Shown: piece by piece, positions 9,889 to 18,467 of the stretch
Layout of the letters: each line of letters starts with the position of its first letter
Numbering within the stretch: the first letter of the stretch is position 1
Origin: a virus
Taxonomy: Duplodnaviria; Caudoviricetes
DNA length: 60,343 nucleotides
Reading direction: 5' to 3' (one strand)
IMG/VR virus record: IMGVR_UViG_3300044898_000090
Coordinates: 1 to 60,343 of that record
Translations under genes and position numbers: made by a program
The notes under the pieces: generated by a model
Told to the model about the DNA's origin: nothing
The model's database searches: none
The model's input: the letters and a program-made list of their open reading frames with translations, nothing else

Positions 9889-10094
9889 CGCAGAACCCTC
9901 CGTGGCTCGCGGACGGGGATGCTCTCCAGCCAGCCGACATCGAACCGTTCAAGACGCTCTATCTCCCTCTGCTTCGCCTCAAACTCGCGCGCCCAACGTT
10001 CCTCGCGGCGGATCAGGCGCACGTCGTGGATGACAACGAGCCCGATCAATAGGAGGCAGGTGAGCGCGACGACGAAAGTCGGGACCGGGCTCAT
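9885..10094 (-). CDS. Small membrane-anchored protein
   Basis: N-terminal TM followed by a charged helix. Confidence 0.6.
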   Translation of the reverse strand: MSPVPTFVVALTCLLLIGLVVIHDVRLIRREERWAREFEAKQREIERLERFDVGWLESIPVREPRRVLR

Positions 10095-10285
10095 CGCCTA
10101 CCGTTCCCCAGCGCACGGTCAAACGCGATCTCTCCAGCCAACGCCGCGAGCTCATCCTCGAGCGACGGCGGCTCGCCGACCGTTTCGTCCGAGCCGCAGC
10201 CCGGGCAGATCATCGGGTCAAGCCACGGCCCCGTGGTGGGCGGCGTCCACTTGTGACGACAGTCGATGCAGCAACGTTTGATCAT
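10091..10285 (-). CDS. Zinc-ribbon protein
   Basis: CIDC..CPGCGS. Confidence 0.6.
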   Translation of the reverse strand: MIKRCCIDCRHKWTPPTTGPWLDPMICPGCGSDETVGEPPSLEDELAALAGEIAFDRALGNGRR

Positions 10286-10512
10286 GCCGCCTCTCTCTCG
10301 GTCCAGCCCATCAGGTAAGCAATGCTCACACCGAGGAGTTCTGCGAGCTGGTGCTTACGGTCGTCGGGGACTCGGCCTGTCTTCTCCCAGCGCCACACGG
10401 TGGACTGGTCTACGCGAAGCGCACCGGCGATCTCGGAGAGCTTGAGGCCCTTGGCTTCGCGGCACTCTCCAATGCGGTTCTCGAACACCCGACTTGCAAA
10501 TGATGCTTGCAT
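10282..10512 (-). CDS. cro: Cro-like XRE HTH regulator (probably leaderless)
   Basis: IGECREAKGLKLSEIAGALRVDQSTVWRWEK..LAELLGVSIAYL; first gene of the early operon. Confidence 0.85.
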   Translation of the reverse strand: MQASFASRVFENRIGECREAKGLKLSEIAGALRVDQSTVWRWEKTGRVPDDRKHQLAELLGVSIAYLMGWTEREAA

Positions 10513-10548
10513 CTGCTGCAATATACAGACTTCACGGATGGAGTGCAA
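10507..10548 (-). promoter_or_regulatory. Early promoter TTGCAC-N17-TATATT with overlapping TTGCA-N5-TGCAA palindrome
   Basis: -35 at 10543-10548, -10 at 10520-10525, ATG 7 nt downstream; palindrome at 10507-10521. Confidence 0.7.
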
Positions 10549-10559
10549 GGGGATAACGC

Positions 10560-10973
10560 ATGGAATCATCGCAAGCCGCGGAAAGCAGCACCACTTACGG
10601 TGTCGTACCGATGCCTGGGGGCCACGCGATGCGCTACTGGCTGGGCCGCGCGGCCCGGGCCATGCGCGAAGAAGCGGACCGGATGATCATCGACATCGCG
10701 GTCCGCGCTCGCACCACTGAATCAACGGTGTCGCGATTCGAGACGGCGAAGACTCAGCCGAGCAACATCGACGCGATGATCGCGGCTTATGCCAAGGAGC
10801 TGGGCGTGGAGCCGATCGAGGTCTGGCTTAGGGCGATCCAGCTATGGACCGACCGTCAAGCAACGCCAGATTCAGGCGTCCTGCTTCTTGAAGATACCGC
10901 GCGGAGAGCGCGAGCCGCTGCGCAAGCTCGGACCCGAACGGCGCGGGGTGAGCCTCGAGGTAAGCGGAAATGA
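10560..10973 (+). CDS. Immunity repressor (XRE HTH)
   Basis: Divergent from cro; DIAVRARTTESTVSRFETAKTQP..AYAKELGV; start may be 10611 or 10629. Confidence 0.75.
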   Translation: MESSQAAESSTTYGVVPMPGGHAMRYWLGRAARAMREEADRMIIDIAVRARTTESTVSRFETAKTQPSNIDAMIAAYAKELGVEPIEVWLRAIQLWTDRQATPDSGVLLLEDTARRARAAAQARTRTARGEPRGKRK

Positions 10974-11173
10974 GATCGCCCACCTCGCATTCGGTGGTCG
11001 CCTCCCAAGTCGTGACGTCATCCGAGCTGGTCACGTTGGCCAATGTATTTCTCGCCTCAGACGGCATTCCCTGCCCCTTCTGCTCGGCTGCACTGCGCGG
11101 CAACCTAGCCAACGCAACGGGACCTCGCAACCCCGATCCAGGGCCGCTCACGCAAACTGCGACAATCCACTAG
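10970..11173 (+). CDS. Possible small CxxC protein
   Basis: ATGA-coupled to the repressor; CPFC. Confidence 0.3.
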   Translation: MRSPTSHSVVASQVVTSSELVTLANVFLASDGIPCPFCSAALRGNLANATGPRNPDPGPLTQTATIH

Positions 11174-11179
11174 CCGAAC

Positions 11180-11866
11180 GTGCGAGCAACGACAAAGATG
11201 CGACTGCCGCTCAGTGCTCTGATCGTTGCCGGAGCCACGATCGCTGCACAGACGATCATGGCTCCGCCAGTAGCCTCCGCGGGCATCCCTCTGTACGAGA
11301 TCGCGAAAGCGGATTTTGCGAACGAGCTCGCCTATCTGCCGCAGTTCCGACAAGCGTGGCTCAACTCGCCAGCACCAGCTCCCAGCGTGATCGACAACCC
11401 GATCTGTCCGAGGGTCGAGGAATTCGAAGGACGCATCTCCTGCCAAGCCGAGTTCGAGTACCGGGGTCTATGGCGCCTCGTTGAGGGCACAGTGACGGAA
11501 GCCCAGAACGCGAACAACACCTTCGAAGAAGGCAGCACCACGCCTGTGAGCGGCGGCAACCCCAACGACACCGCGACGATCTACTTCTCGCGGAAGTGGC
11601 GCCGGCGATGGCGCGGCGAACCTGGCTCTTGTCCGCGAGGCTGGGGGATCCCCGGGACGATCCGCACCAACGACGGTGCCTGTCACGCGGACATGGCTAG
11701 CGACGCCTACTACGCACTCCGCACGCATCACACCCCACTAAGAGTGGGCGTGCATGGCACGGACCTCGGCGGGTTCGACCCGATCGTGATCTACCGCTGT
11801 CACCGTAGTGGCGCGGCGACAGAGTGCGCCAACGCCGTGGGCGACGCGTTCAGCTACACGCCGTAG
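11180..11866 (+). CDS. Secreted Cys-containing protein (lysogeny cargo)
   Basis: Signal-peptide-like N-terminus ending ..VASA; six Cys; downstream of the repressor. Confidence 0.7.
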   Translation: MRATTKMRLPLSALIVAGATIAAQTIMAPPVASAGIPLYEIAKADFANELAYLPQFRQAWLNSPAPAPSVIDNPICPRVEEFEGRISCQAEFEYRGLWRLVEGTVTEAQNANNTFEEGSTTPVSGGNPNDTATIYFSRKWRRRWRGEPGSCPRGWGIPGTIRTNDGACHADMASDAYYALRTHHTPLRVGVHGTDLGGFDPIVIYRCHRSGAATECANAVGDAFSYTP

Positions 11867-11876
11867 AGGAACGACA

Positions 11877-11970
11877 AGAGCCCCCCGCCAGCCGAAGCTG
11901 ACAGGGGGCTCTCGTATTCGCAACGCCCGAGGGGGGCGCGTATCCCCGCCGCCGAGGCGAACGGGGGTTA
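11877..11970. terminator. Two hairpins between convergent genes
   Basis: AGAGCCCCC..GGGGGCTCT (11877-11911) and CCCCG..CGGGG (~11944-11967). Confidence 0.65.
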
Positions 11971-11976
11971 TGTCCT

Positions 11977-12444
11977 TCAGCGGAGCTCCCGGGCGACGCC
12001 CCACGCTTCCGTGGGGAAGGCAGTCGGCGAGAAGCCGAGCAGCTCGTCACCCGGGCCGGTGACGTCGATCGCGCGGCCCGTGCTTCCTGCCGGACCGTAA
12101 TCGCACTGGATCATCCGGGCATGCCGCCCCCGCACCATCACATCAAAGTAATGGTCGAGGGTCGCGTCATTGCGGATCGCGATGCAGGGCTGTTCGGTGG
12201 CGAGCGCCGATCCGTCCGCAGTGGGCCGGATCTGTCTGTCGCCCGTCAGGTAGCCGAAGGTCGAGGTGCGGCCTTCGACGACGTACCCCGTGTAGGGGTT
12301 GTGTTTCAGCCAGAGCTGGTAGGCGTGAGCGTCACACCTGTGCGACCTGCAGCCGGGAGCATGGTGCGCTGCGGCCATTGCGGGAACAGCAGACGGCGCC
12401 AGAAGCGCCGCCAGGATGAGCGTGATGCGAATAAGAGAGCGGAT
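11977..12444 (-). CDS. Secreted RlpA/DPBB-like protein (start unclear)
   Basis: Signal-like ILAALLAPSAVPAMA; G.TSTFG..TADG..CDYGP..GRAIDV. Confidence 0.6.
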   Translation of the reverse strand: MRSLIRITLILAALLAPSAVPAMAAAHHAPGCRSHRCDAHAYQLWLKHNPYTGYVVEGRTSTFGYLTGDRQIRPTADGSALATEQPCIAIRNDATLDHYFDVMVRGRHARMIQCDYGPAGSTGRAIDVTGPGDELLGFSPTAFPTEAWGVARELR

Positions 12445-12542
12445 GCCATAAGACCTCCTTCTCGGATCGCCAGGGCGCTGAGGCCGAGGCCGGGCACGCC
12501 CCTGACAGCGGCGTCTTCCGCCCACTGGAGCGGGAAAGAGCA

Positions 12543-12569
12543 GGACGCCCGGGCCGAAACCCGGGCGTC
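12543..12569 (-). terminator. Hairpin ending the late operon
   Basis: GACGCCCGGG-N6-CCCGGGCGTC. Confidence 0.7.
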
Positions 12570-12585
12570 TGTGCGTGTCGTTCGG

Positions 12586-13899
12586 CTAGACGGCCTGCGT
12601 GGTGGCCGTGTCCGTGGTCGCCTCGGCGGCGGCGGGCTCGGCTGCCGGCTCTGCCGGGGCGTCAGCCGGCGTCTCCACCGGGGTCTGTGCGGGCGCCTCT
12701 GCGGGCGTCTCGGTGGCCACCGGCACGGGCGGCGTCTGCGCGCTCACGTAGACGGAGATCGACTCCACCCCCGGGGCTCCGTCAACGCACGCGTGTCCGG
12801 TCAGCGACGCGCCGAACGCCGGTGTGTTGGCGTCGAACGAGCCGGATGCGACGAGCGCCTTTACTGCGGCTCGGGCAGCCGTGACCTGCGCGGTTACCTC
12901 GGGGGCGAGCTCGCCGGCGGGGCTGACCGCTGCCGCGTCGACGGCCGCGTCGAACTCGGCGGTGGGTGTGGCGGGGACACTTGCACTCCAAGACATAGGT
13001 TCCTTTCGGTCGTGTGTATGCGGCTCGTCTGGGTCCTTCACCGGGGCTGCTCCGGCCGCGTGCGCGGCCCCGTAAATCTGGGTCCATTCGGTGGGGTTCG
13101 CTTCCGGCGCGATCGACATGTAGCCACCGGGGGCGAGCTCGAACGGCGCGAGTGGCGTCGCGAGGGCGAACTCCTCGCATGCGGACGTGAACAGCCGGGT
13201 CTGCAGCTGTCCCCACCAGCCGGGGTAGGCGATGTCCGCCATGACCGCCTCGGGCACGTTGCAGGGCCTGCCCTCGGGGGCGCCGACGTCGTAGCCGCGG
13301 CCCTGCACGGGGTCGCCGACCTCAGCGATGTACCACTGTTTCGTCGCGGCGTCGAGATACTTGCGGATCTGCGATTCGTCCATGACGAGCGGGTCGACAT
13401 ACATCTCGTTCGCCTCATGCGACCCGACTTCTGAGGGCTGCACTCCGTCTTCACGGGAGGTCTTGCAGAACACCTTCGCCAGCGGGATCGCTTCGCCCGT
13501 CGCGGGGTGCAAGGCGACCCCGCGGGTCGAGTGGACGCCAGAGGCGCCTTCTTTGGAGGTGTGCGCCTGGTCTTCGTGGTAGCCGAGCGCGCCTTCCTGG
13601 TCGCTCGTGTCGAGCAGTTCCATGTGCCAGCTGCCCGCTGGTGGCGTGCCGGTCGGGGCGATCAGCTTCACATCCGCGACGGGCGCGGAGTAGTCGCGCT
13701 CCACCCACGGGCTGCGGTTGTAGTGAAACAGCGCCTGGTAACGCAGCGACCAGACGAGGTTGCGCAGCTGCTCGGGCGTGAACGTGCCGGGGGCAGTGCG
13801 GTCGACGACGGTGAGCGTGACCGCGGGGTGCGAGTTTTCGGGGATGTGAAGGTCGAAGTGCTCGCCGAGCACAGGCGCGAGCTGGGTGTCACTGGTCAC
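12586..13899 (-). CDS. Zincin-like protein (HExxE) with Ala/Pro-rich C-terminal module
   Basis: GALGYH..SHEANEMYVDP..AEVGDP. Confidence 0.65.
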   Translation of the reverse strand: MTSDTQLAPVLGEHFDLHIPENSHPAVTLTVVDRTAPGTFTPEQLRNLVWSLRYQALFHYNRSPWVERDYSAPVADVKLIAPTGTPPAGSWHMELLDTSDQEGALGYHEDQAHTSKEGASGVHSTRGVALHPATGEAIPLAKVFCKTSREDGVQPSEVGSHEANEMYVDPLVMDESQIRKYLDAATKQWYIAEVGDPVQGRGYDVGAPEGRPCNVPEAVMADIAYPGWWGQLQTRLFTSACEEFALATPLAPFELAPGGYMSIAPEANPTEWTQIYGAAHAAGAAPVKDPDEPHTHDRKEPMSWSASVPATPTAEFDAAVDAAAVSPAGELAPEVTAQVTAARAAVKALVASGSFDANTPAFGASLTGHACVDGAPGVESISVYVSAQTPPVPVATETPAEAPAQTPVETPADAPAEPAAEPAAAEATTDTATTQAV

Positions 13900-14030
13900 T
13901 TGGAGACTCCTTTGAGGATGATGTTCAGGACCGGCTCGTGCAGGCCGAAGATGTGCCAGACGACGTCGACTGCGAACAGCGATCCGATGACGGTGAACGC
14001 CACCGGATGCCGCCAGAGGTACAGGCGCAT
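13896..14030 (-). CDS. Small membrane protein
   Basis: 44 aa, hydrophobic, coupled on both sides. Confidence 0.5.
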   Translation of the reverse strand: MRLYLWRHPVAFTVIGSLFAVDVVWHIFGLHEPVLNIILKGVSK

Positions 14031-14860
14031 CAGGCCGCGAGGGCCTGCGCGATAAGACCGTGGATCGGCGGGAACTCCTGGTCGGTGCTCCAGCGCAGCT
14101 CGGGCAGTTGCCTGCCGGCCCGCCAGGCGTTCCACGCGATCACGATGAACGCTGTCTTGGTGCGGTTGTGCAGCCGCCGTTCCGGGTCCTCGAGGTCCGC
14201 GAGGAGCACCTGACGCAGCGTGAGGATCGGGCTCCCGAACGGCAGGGCCTCGTCGCCCGTCAGCGCGTCGAAGAACGCGATGCTTGCCTCTTCGTCGACG
14301 CTGCAGAACAGGAAGTGCAGCGCCCCGACGAGACTCACGGGCAGCCAACGGCGTTTCAGCCGGCGGCTGGCGTACTTGCACGCATCCCGGATCTCCGGGT
14401 TGCGCTCGAGGGTGCGCAGGCTCTCGTGGTTGGTGGGCGCACGCTTCCACCCCCCGAGGTACGGGACACCCGTGGCTTCGTACACGGTGACGATCCGCAC
14501 CGCTCGCGCGAGGACGTTCGGGTCGCCCTCACCTCGCAGCTTCAGAACGTCGTGAAGGCCCCGCGGGCGTCCCTGGTCCATCGACTCCTGGGCCTTCCGT
14601 GAGAGGCCGGTCACGACGATCGAGTCGAACGGCAGCTCGGCTTCGAGGCACGCCAACAGCCGGTGCTGGCCGTCGAGCAGCGTCCCGTCGTCGGCGATCT
14701 TGATGGCCTCGCCGTTGATCTCCCAGTCACCGCTGCGCATGTCGGCCGCGTACTGGTCGATGCGGCGTTCGTCGACATCACGGTTGTGGGTGTTGTGCGT
14801 CTCGATCAGCCGCGCGGCCTTCTCCGGCGTGATCCGGAAGATGCCGACCTCGACCGTCAT
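14030..14860 (-). CDS. ParB/Srx-like (DGQHR) domain protein
   Basis: ITPEKA..NR..YAADMRSGDW.INGEAI..LLDGQHRL. Confidence 0.75.
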   Translation of the reverse strand: MTVEVGIFRITPEKAARLIETHNTHNRDVDERRIDQYAADMRSGDWEINGEAIKIADDGTLLDGQHRLLACLEAELPFDSIVVTGLSRKAQESMDQGRPRGLHDVLKLRGEGDPNVLARAVRIVTVYEATGVPYLGGWKRAPTNHESLRTLERNPEIRDACKYASRRLKRRWLPVSLVGALHFLFCSVDEEASIAFFDALTGDEALPFGSPILTLRQVLLADLEDPERRLHNRTKTAFIVIAWNAWRAGRQLPELRWSTDQEFPPIHGLIAQALAA

Positions 14861-15900
14861 TTCACGCTCGTCCCGGGTGCCACGCCACCACCGGACACGA
14901 ACTGCCCGGCGTGCGCCGAGTCCTCGTAAACGGCCACTGACCGCACGTTGAAGCTCGAGCTGCGCGACCTGGTGGACACACGGATTGCGTGCGTGAGGAT
15001 CAGTCTCATCGCGTCTGTGTTGACCGACTGTGTGAAGCTGCCCGTCTTCACCCCGTCTACGTACTCGGTGAACGTCGAGCCTTCTACGACGGTGGTGTAG
15101 GTGTGGAAGCGTGTCCAGCCGGATTCGCCGGGCCGGTAGTACAGTTCGTGTGTCCCGAGGCCGCTCGATTTGTAGACCGGGAAGCCACCCAGACAAGACG
15201 AGGGCGTCGATTCGCACGACCCCCAGCCCCACCACTCGAAGAAGTCGAACTCGGGCGGCCATCGGGTTGTGCTGATCGACCAGAAGCCGGGGTCCTCCCC
15301 GCCGCCGAGAGAGTTGTTGGGGAGCTGCGCGACCGTCTGGAACGCAAAGCTCGCACCCCTGCCGATCTGGTAGGTGAAAGCTGGCGTGCTGACGCCGCTG
15401 CAGACGAGTCCTTCGCAGCGCAGTTCGAGCCCGTTTGCTTCGCTCTGGTGCACGGCCACGGGGTTCTCGCTGGACGTTTCGTTGCTGTTGTTGCAGCAGC
15501 CGCGGCTGTTGGTTTTCGCCTGCCAGAACGTGTCTCCAGACCCGACGGGTTTGCCGAAGGCGTCGGCGAACGCGACATGCCAGGAGCCGGCCGGTCCGGT
15601 CGGGGAGGCGCTGACGGTCGCCGTGGTGGGAGGTTCTTCAGCCGGCGGTTCTTTGGGCGGACTTTCCGCTTCGATATCCGCGACCACGGCGTCCGCGCTC
15701 GCGGCGCGTTTCTTGTCGGCTGAGAGCCGCGCTTCGTCTTCGAGGATCGCCCCGTGGGCTTCTGTGGCGGAGTGCTTCGCCGCTTCGAGGGTTGTCGGCG
15801 AGGACACGGCGAACGCGGCCTGGCCGATGAAAACGGCAGCGGACGAGATCACGGCGACAGCCGCGACGGCGACGAGGAATGTGAGAGCGGAACGCTTCAT
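14857..15900 (-). CDS. Secreted GH16/ConA-like glycoside hydrolase
   Basis: Signal peptide; PGFW..PPEFDFFE (ExDxxE); FHTY..YVDG. Confidence 0.75.
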   Translation of the reverse strand: MKRSALTFLVAVAAVAVISSAAVFIGQAAFAVSSPTTLEAAKHSATEAHGAILEDEARLSADKKRAASADAVVADIEAESPPKEPPAEEPPTTATVSASPTGPAGSWHVAFADAFGKPVGSGDTFWQAKTNSRGCCNNSNETSSENPVAVHQSEANGLELRCEGLVCSGVSTPAFTYQIGRGASFAFQTVAQLPNNSLGGGEDPGFWSISTTRWPPEFDFFEWWGWGSCESTPSSCLGGFPVYKSSGLGTHELYYRPGESGWTRFHTYTTVVEGSTFTEYVDGVKTGSFTQSVNTDAMRLILTHAIRVSTRSRSSSFNVRSVAVYEDSAHAGQFVSGGGVAPGTSVK

Positions 15901-15946
15901 GGGAGACTCCCCTGATTGGCCCGTTCCGTGGGCGATAGGGCCGTGC

Positions 15947-16969
15947 CTACGCGGCGAGCTGACGTTCGAGACGGTGGATGACGGCAACCTCCTGGCCGCC
16001 GTGCTTGAGCCACCGGCCACAGACCGTGTGATACGTGCGGGGCGTTGCGTGCTGGCCGGGACGGCAGTGGTGGCGTTCGATCAGCCGGTGGAGCGCGAGA
16101 CGGCGCTCACGGTGTAGACGAAGTGACGCGCGGAGCTGCGCCTTGGACGGGCCGGCGACGGCCTGCGTGTAGCTGGCGAAGCTCGCCGCGCTGCCGAGCC
16201 AGCGGCTCATGTCGCTGAAGAACACGCCGTTGAAGCCGTGGTCGGTGAACTGGTGCTGGTTGAACAGGCTCTGCGAGAGGCCGCAGAACACGCTGGCCGT
16301 CGGGTAGCCCGACAGCCATGCGGGGACACCGCGCGGCCACCAACACCCGAAGTGCGGCAGCCAGTACCAGCCGCCCGTGTAGATCTGCGCCCGGCCGTAT
16401 TCACGGACGAGGACCGCGAGCTGGTGTTCAACCCCGGACCGGCTGGGGACGCCAAACTCGATGTCGAGCGTCGGGGGGACTTTGCGGGCGCTGTAGCGGG
16501 TGATCCCCGCCGCGTGGAGCCGTCCGACGAACGCGTAGGCCTCGGCGGCCGTGTATTCCTGGTCGAAGTCGTAGCCGCCGACTGCCAGGCCTGCGCGCTG
16601 CGCGGCCTTCGCCATGTAGTAGAAGGTGCCGTCGAGGAACCCGACGCCCTGGTTGACCTTCAGCACGACCGCGGGGTGGCCGTGGCGACGGATCGCGGCC
16701 ATGTTGTACGTCGGGTCGTTGTTGCTCAGGTCCGGCCAGGTGATCCCCTGGCCGCTGACGCTGGCCGCGTGGACGATCGTCGACTTCACCTGGGCGGTGG
16801 CGGGTGCGCATTCGCCCATCGCACCCTTCCCGTGCGTTGCGTCCGGGCAGGCGTGCACGACCGACGGCGGCAGCTTGACCGGCTTCGGCTTGGGTTTGGA
16901 GCCGCATGCCGCGAGCAGCAGCACGGCGGCGAGCAGCGCGGCGCAGGGCGCGGCGAGACGACGGGACAT
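15947..16969 (-). CDS. GH25 muramidase endolysin with lipoprotein signal
   Basis: Lipobox LAAC; PDLSNN..LKVNQG..GGYDF..LDIE..IYTG..WLSGY..HQFT. Confidence 0.8.
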   Translation of the reverse strand: MSRRLAAPCAALLAAVLLLAACGSKPKPKPVKLPPSVVHACPDATHGKGAMGECAPATAQVKSTIVHAASVSGQGITWPDLSNNDPTYNMAAIRRHGHPAVVLKVNQGVGFLDGTFYYMAKAAQRAGLAVGGYDFDQEYTAAEAYAFVGRLHAAGITRYSARKVPPTLDIEFGVPSRSGVEHQLAVLVREYGRAQIYTGGWYWLPHFGCWWPRGVPAWLSGYPTASVFCGLSQSLFNQHQFTDHGFNGVFFSDMSRWLGSAASFASYTQAVAGPSKAQLRASLRLHRERRLALHRLIERHHCRPGQHATPRTYHTVCGRWLKHGGQEVAVIHRLERQLAA

Positions 16970-16986
16970 GGGGCCTCCTGGAGGGG

Positions 16987-17289
16987 TTAGTTCTCTATGC
17001 GGAGCCGTGCAACCTCGGTCTTGAGGTCCACGTTTTCGCGGGTGAGCTTGCGCACGCTGCGCTCGAGATCGGCGACCCGTTTGAGCAGGCCGGTGCGCTC
17101 TGCGCGTGCCGTGTTGAGGACCTGGTTCATCGTCTCGACAGCCTCTTTGGCCGTGCGGGTGACCAGCTCGTCCTCTTCCCTGGGGGTGAGCCGTTTGTTG
17201 CGACGCGCGGTGTGCCACGTCGCTGCGAGCGCGGGGACCGCGACGGCGGCCATCCCGAATAGAGCAATTAGGACCTGGCTTGAGGCCAT
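16987..17289 (-). CDS. Membrane-anchored coiled-coil protein (lysis cassette)
   Basis: N-terminal TM, heptad C-terminus; next to the lysin. Confidence 0.65.
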   Translation of the reverse strand: MASSQVLIALFGMAAVAVPALAATWHTARRNKRLTPREEDELVTRTAKEAVETMNQVLNTARAERTGLLKRVADLERSVRKLTRENVDLKTEVARLRIEN

Positions 17290-17456
17290 TGCTCACCTCT
17301 GACGCTTTTCACCGCGAGGGTGACCGTCTCTTCCGCGACGCGTTTCGCCAAGGCTTCTTCGTGCGTGCGTTGGCGGCGGAAACGGTAGGACGTGGCCGCC
17401 AGCGTCAGGACGGTGAGGACGATGATGCACGCGAGCCCTAGCAGGAGCAGTGCCAT
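17268..17456 (-). CDS. Holin-like single-TM protein
   Basis: Hydrophobic N-terminus, basic tail. Confidence 0.5.
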   Translation of the reverse strand: MALLLLGLACIIVLTVLTLAATSYRFRRQRTHEEALAKRVAEETVTLAVKSVRGEQWPQARS

Positions 17457-17464
17457 GCTGGGGC

Positions 17465-17839
17465 CTACGGGATGGTGCAGTTGCCGTGCGCGATCGCCCG
17501 GAGCGTCGCGAGATGCCTGGCGCGGCGTTCCTGGCCTTCCTTGATGAGCTTGTCGAAGTCCCGCTGGCTGAGCCCGAAGCGGTCTTTGGACCTGCTTTCA
17601 AAGCGGGCTGTTGCGGCCGAGCCCTCCGCGCTTTCTTCTTCGGACACCGTCGCGAGCGCAGTGATGTTCGAGCAGTTGTGGTGGTTCCAGACGCCCGTCA
17701 CGACAAGGGCTAGCAGGGCGGTCGCGAGCAGCGCGCCGAGGCCGGCGTACAGGACGCGCCTGTAGACCTTCGTGACCTCGCGCGTGGCGATCACGGCGGC
17801 CTCTATGACGGCCTGGCGGAACTCATCGCTTGTCGGCAT
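17465..17839 (-). CDS. Membrane protein (lysis cassette)
   Basis: GGAGGTG RBS; one TM. Confidence 0.6.
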   Translation of the reverse strand: MPTSDEFRQAVIEAAVIATREVTKVYRRVLYAGLGALLATALLALVVTGVWNHHNCSNITALATVSEEESAEGSAATARFESRSKDRFGLSQRDFDKLIKEGQERRARHLATLRAIAHGNCTIP

Positions 17840-17966
17840 AGACACCTCCGAGGGGTCGTCTGGGGCCCTTGACGGCGGCCCGGAATGGTGGGATGCTTCG
17901 AGAGATGAACAAAGCGCCCCCGCGACGCGCCAACGTCCGGGGGCATGACACCAGGAGCAAGCCCTG

Positions 17967-18467
17967 ATGCACGCCAAGCGTATAGCCCTCGTCGCACTTC
18001 TCCCGCTCGCGTTTCCGGCCGTCGCTGCTGCGGACCAGTACGCGCCGACGGCGGCCGAGCTTGCACAGGCGCGCAGCGTCGCGGTCGCCTACTGGCATGT
18101 TCAGCAGCCGCCATGCGGGCGCGAGACGGTGCTACTCGAACCGCTCCCATCGGGTATGGGGCGGGCCGGATTCGACCAGTGCACGATCACATTCAGCGCA
18201 GCCGCCGATTGGCGCGACTTCCCGGCGGGCACCTGCCGGATCTACGTTCACGAGTACGGGCACCTAGTGCTTGGGCCTACCTACTTCTTCGCGTCGAACC
18301 CGGCCGATCCGGCGCATAGCGCGGACCCGGCGAACATCATGTATGGCTCGGTGCCAACACCGCAACAGGAAGACGAGCAAGAGCGCGGGATAGGCTGTCT
18401 CCCACCGCTCGCTACCGGGCGACACCAGTCACGACATCACCGCCGTCGCCATCACCCGCGCGGCTAG
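17967..18467 (+). CDS. Secreted matrixin-like metzincin protease (moron)
   Basis: Signal peptide; HEYGHLVLG..HSADPANIM; opposite strand to the late operon. Confidence 0.75.
   Translation: MHAKRIALVALLPLAFPAVAAADQYAPTAAELAQARSVAVAYWHVQQPPCGRETVLLEPLPSGMGRAGFDQCTITFSAAADWRDFPAGTCRIYVHEYGHLVLGPTYFFASNPADPAHSADPANIMYGSVPTPQQEDEQERGIGCLPPLATGRHQSRHHRRRHHPRG

Noticed and set aside
11867-11976. attP site
   Set aside because: Only terminator-like hairpins; no tRNA-like core or arm repeats recognised.
12450-12545. c-di-AMP (ydaO) riboswitch upstream of the RlpA-like gene
   Set aside because: Plausible context, but the conserved motifs are not seen and the region is short.
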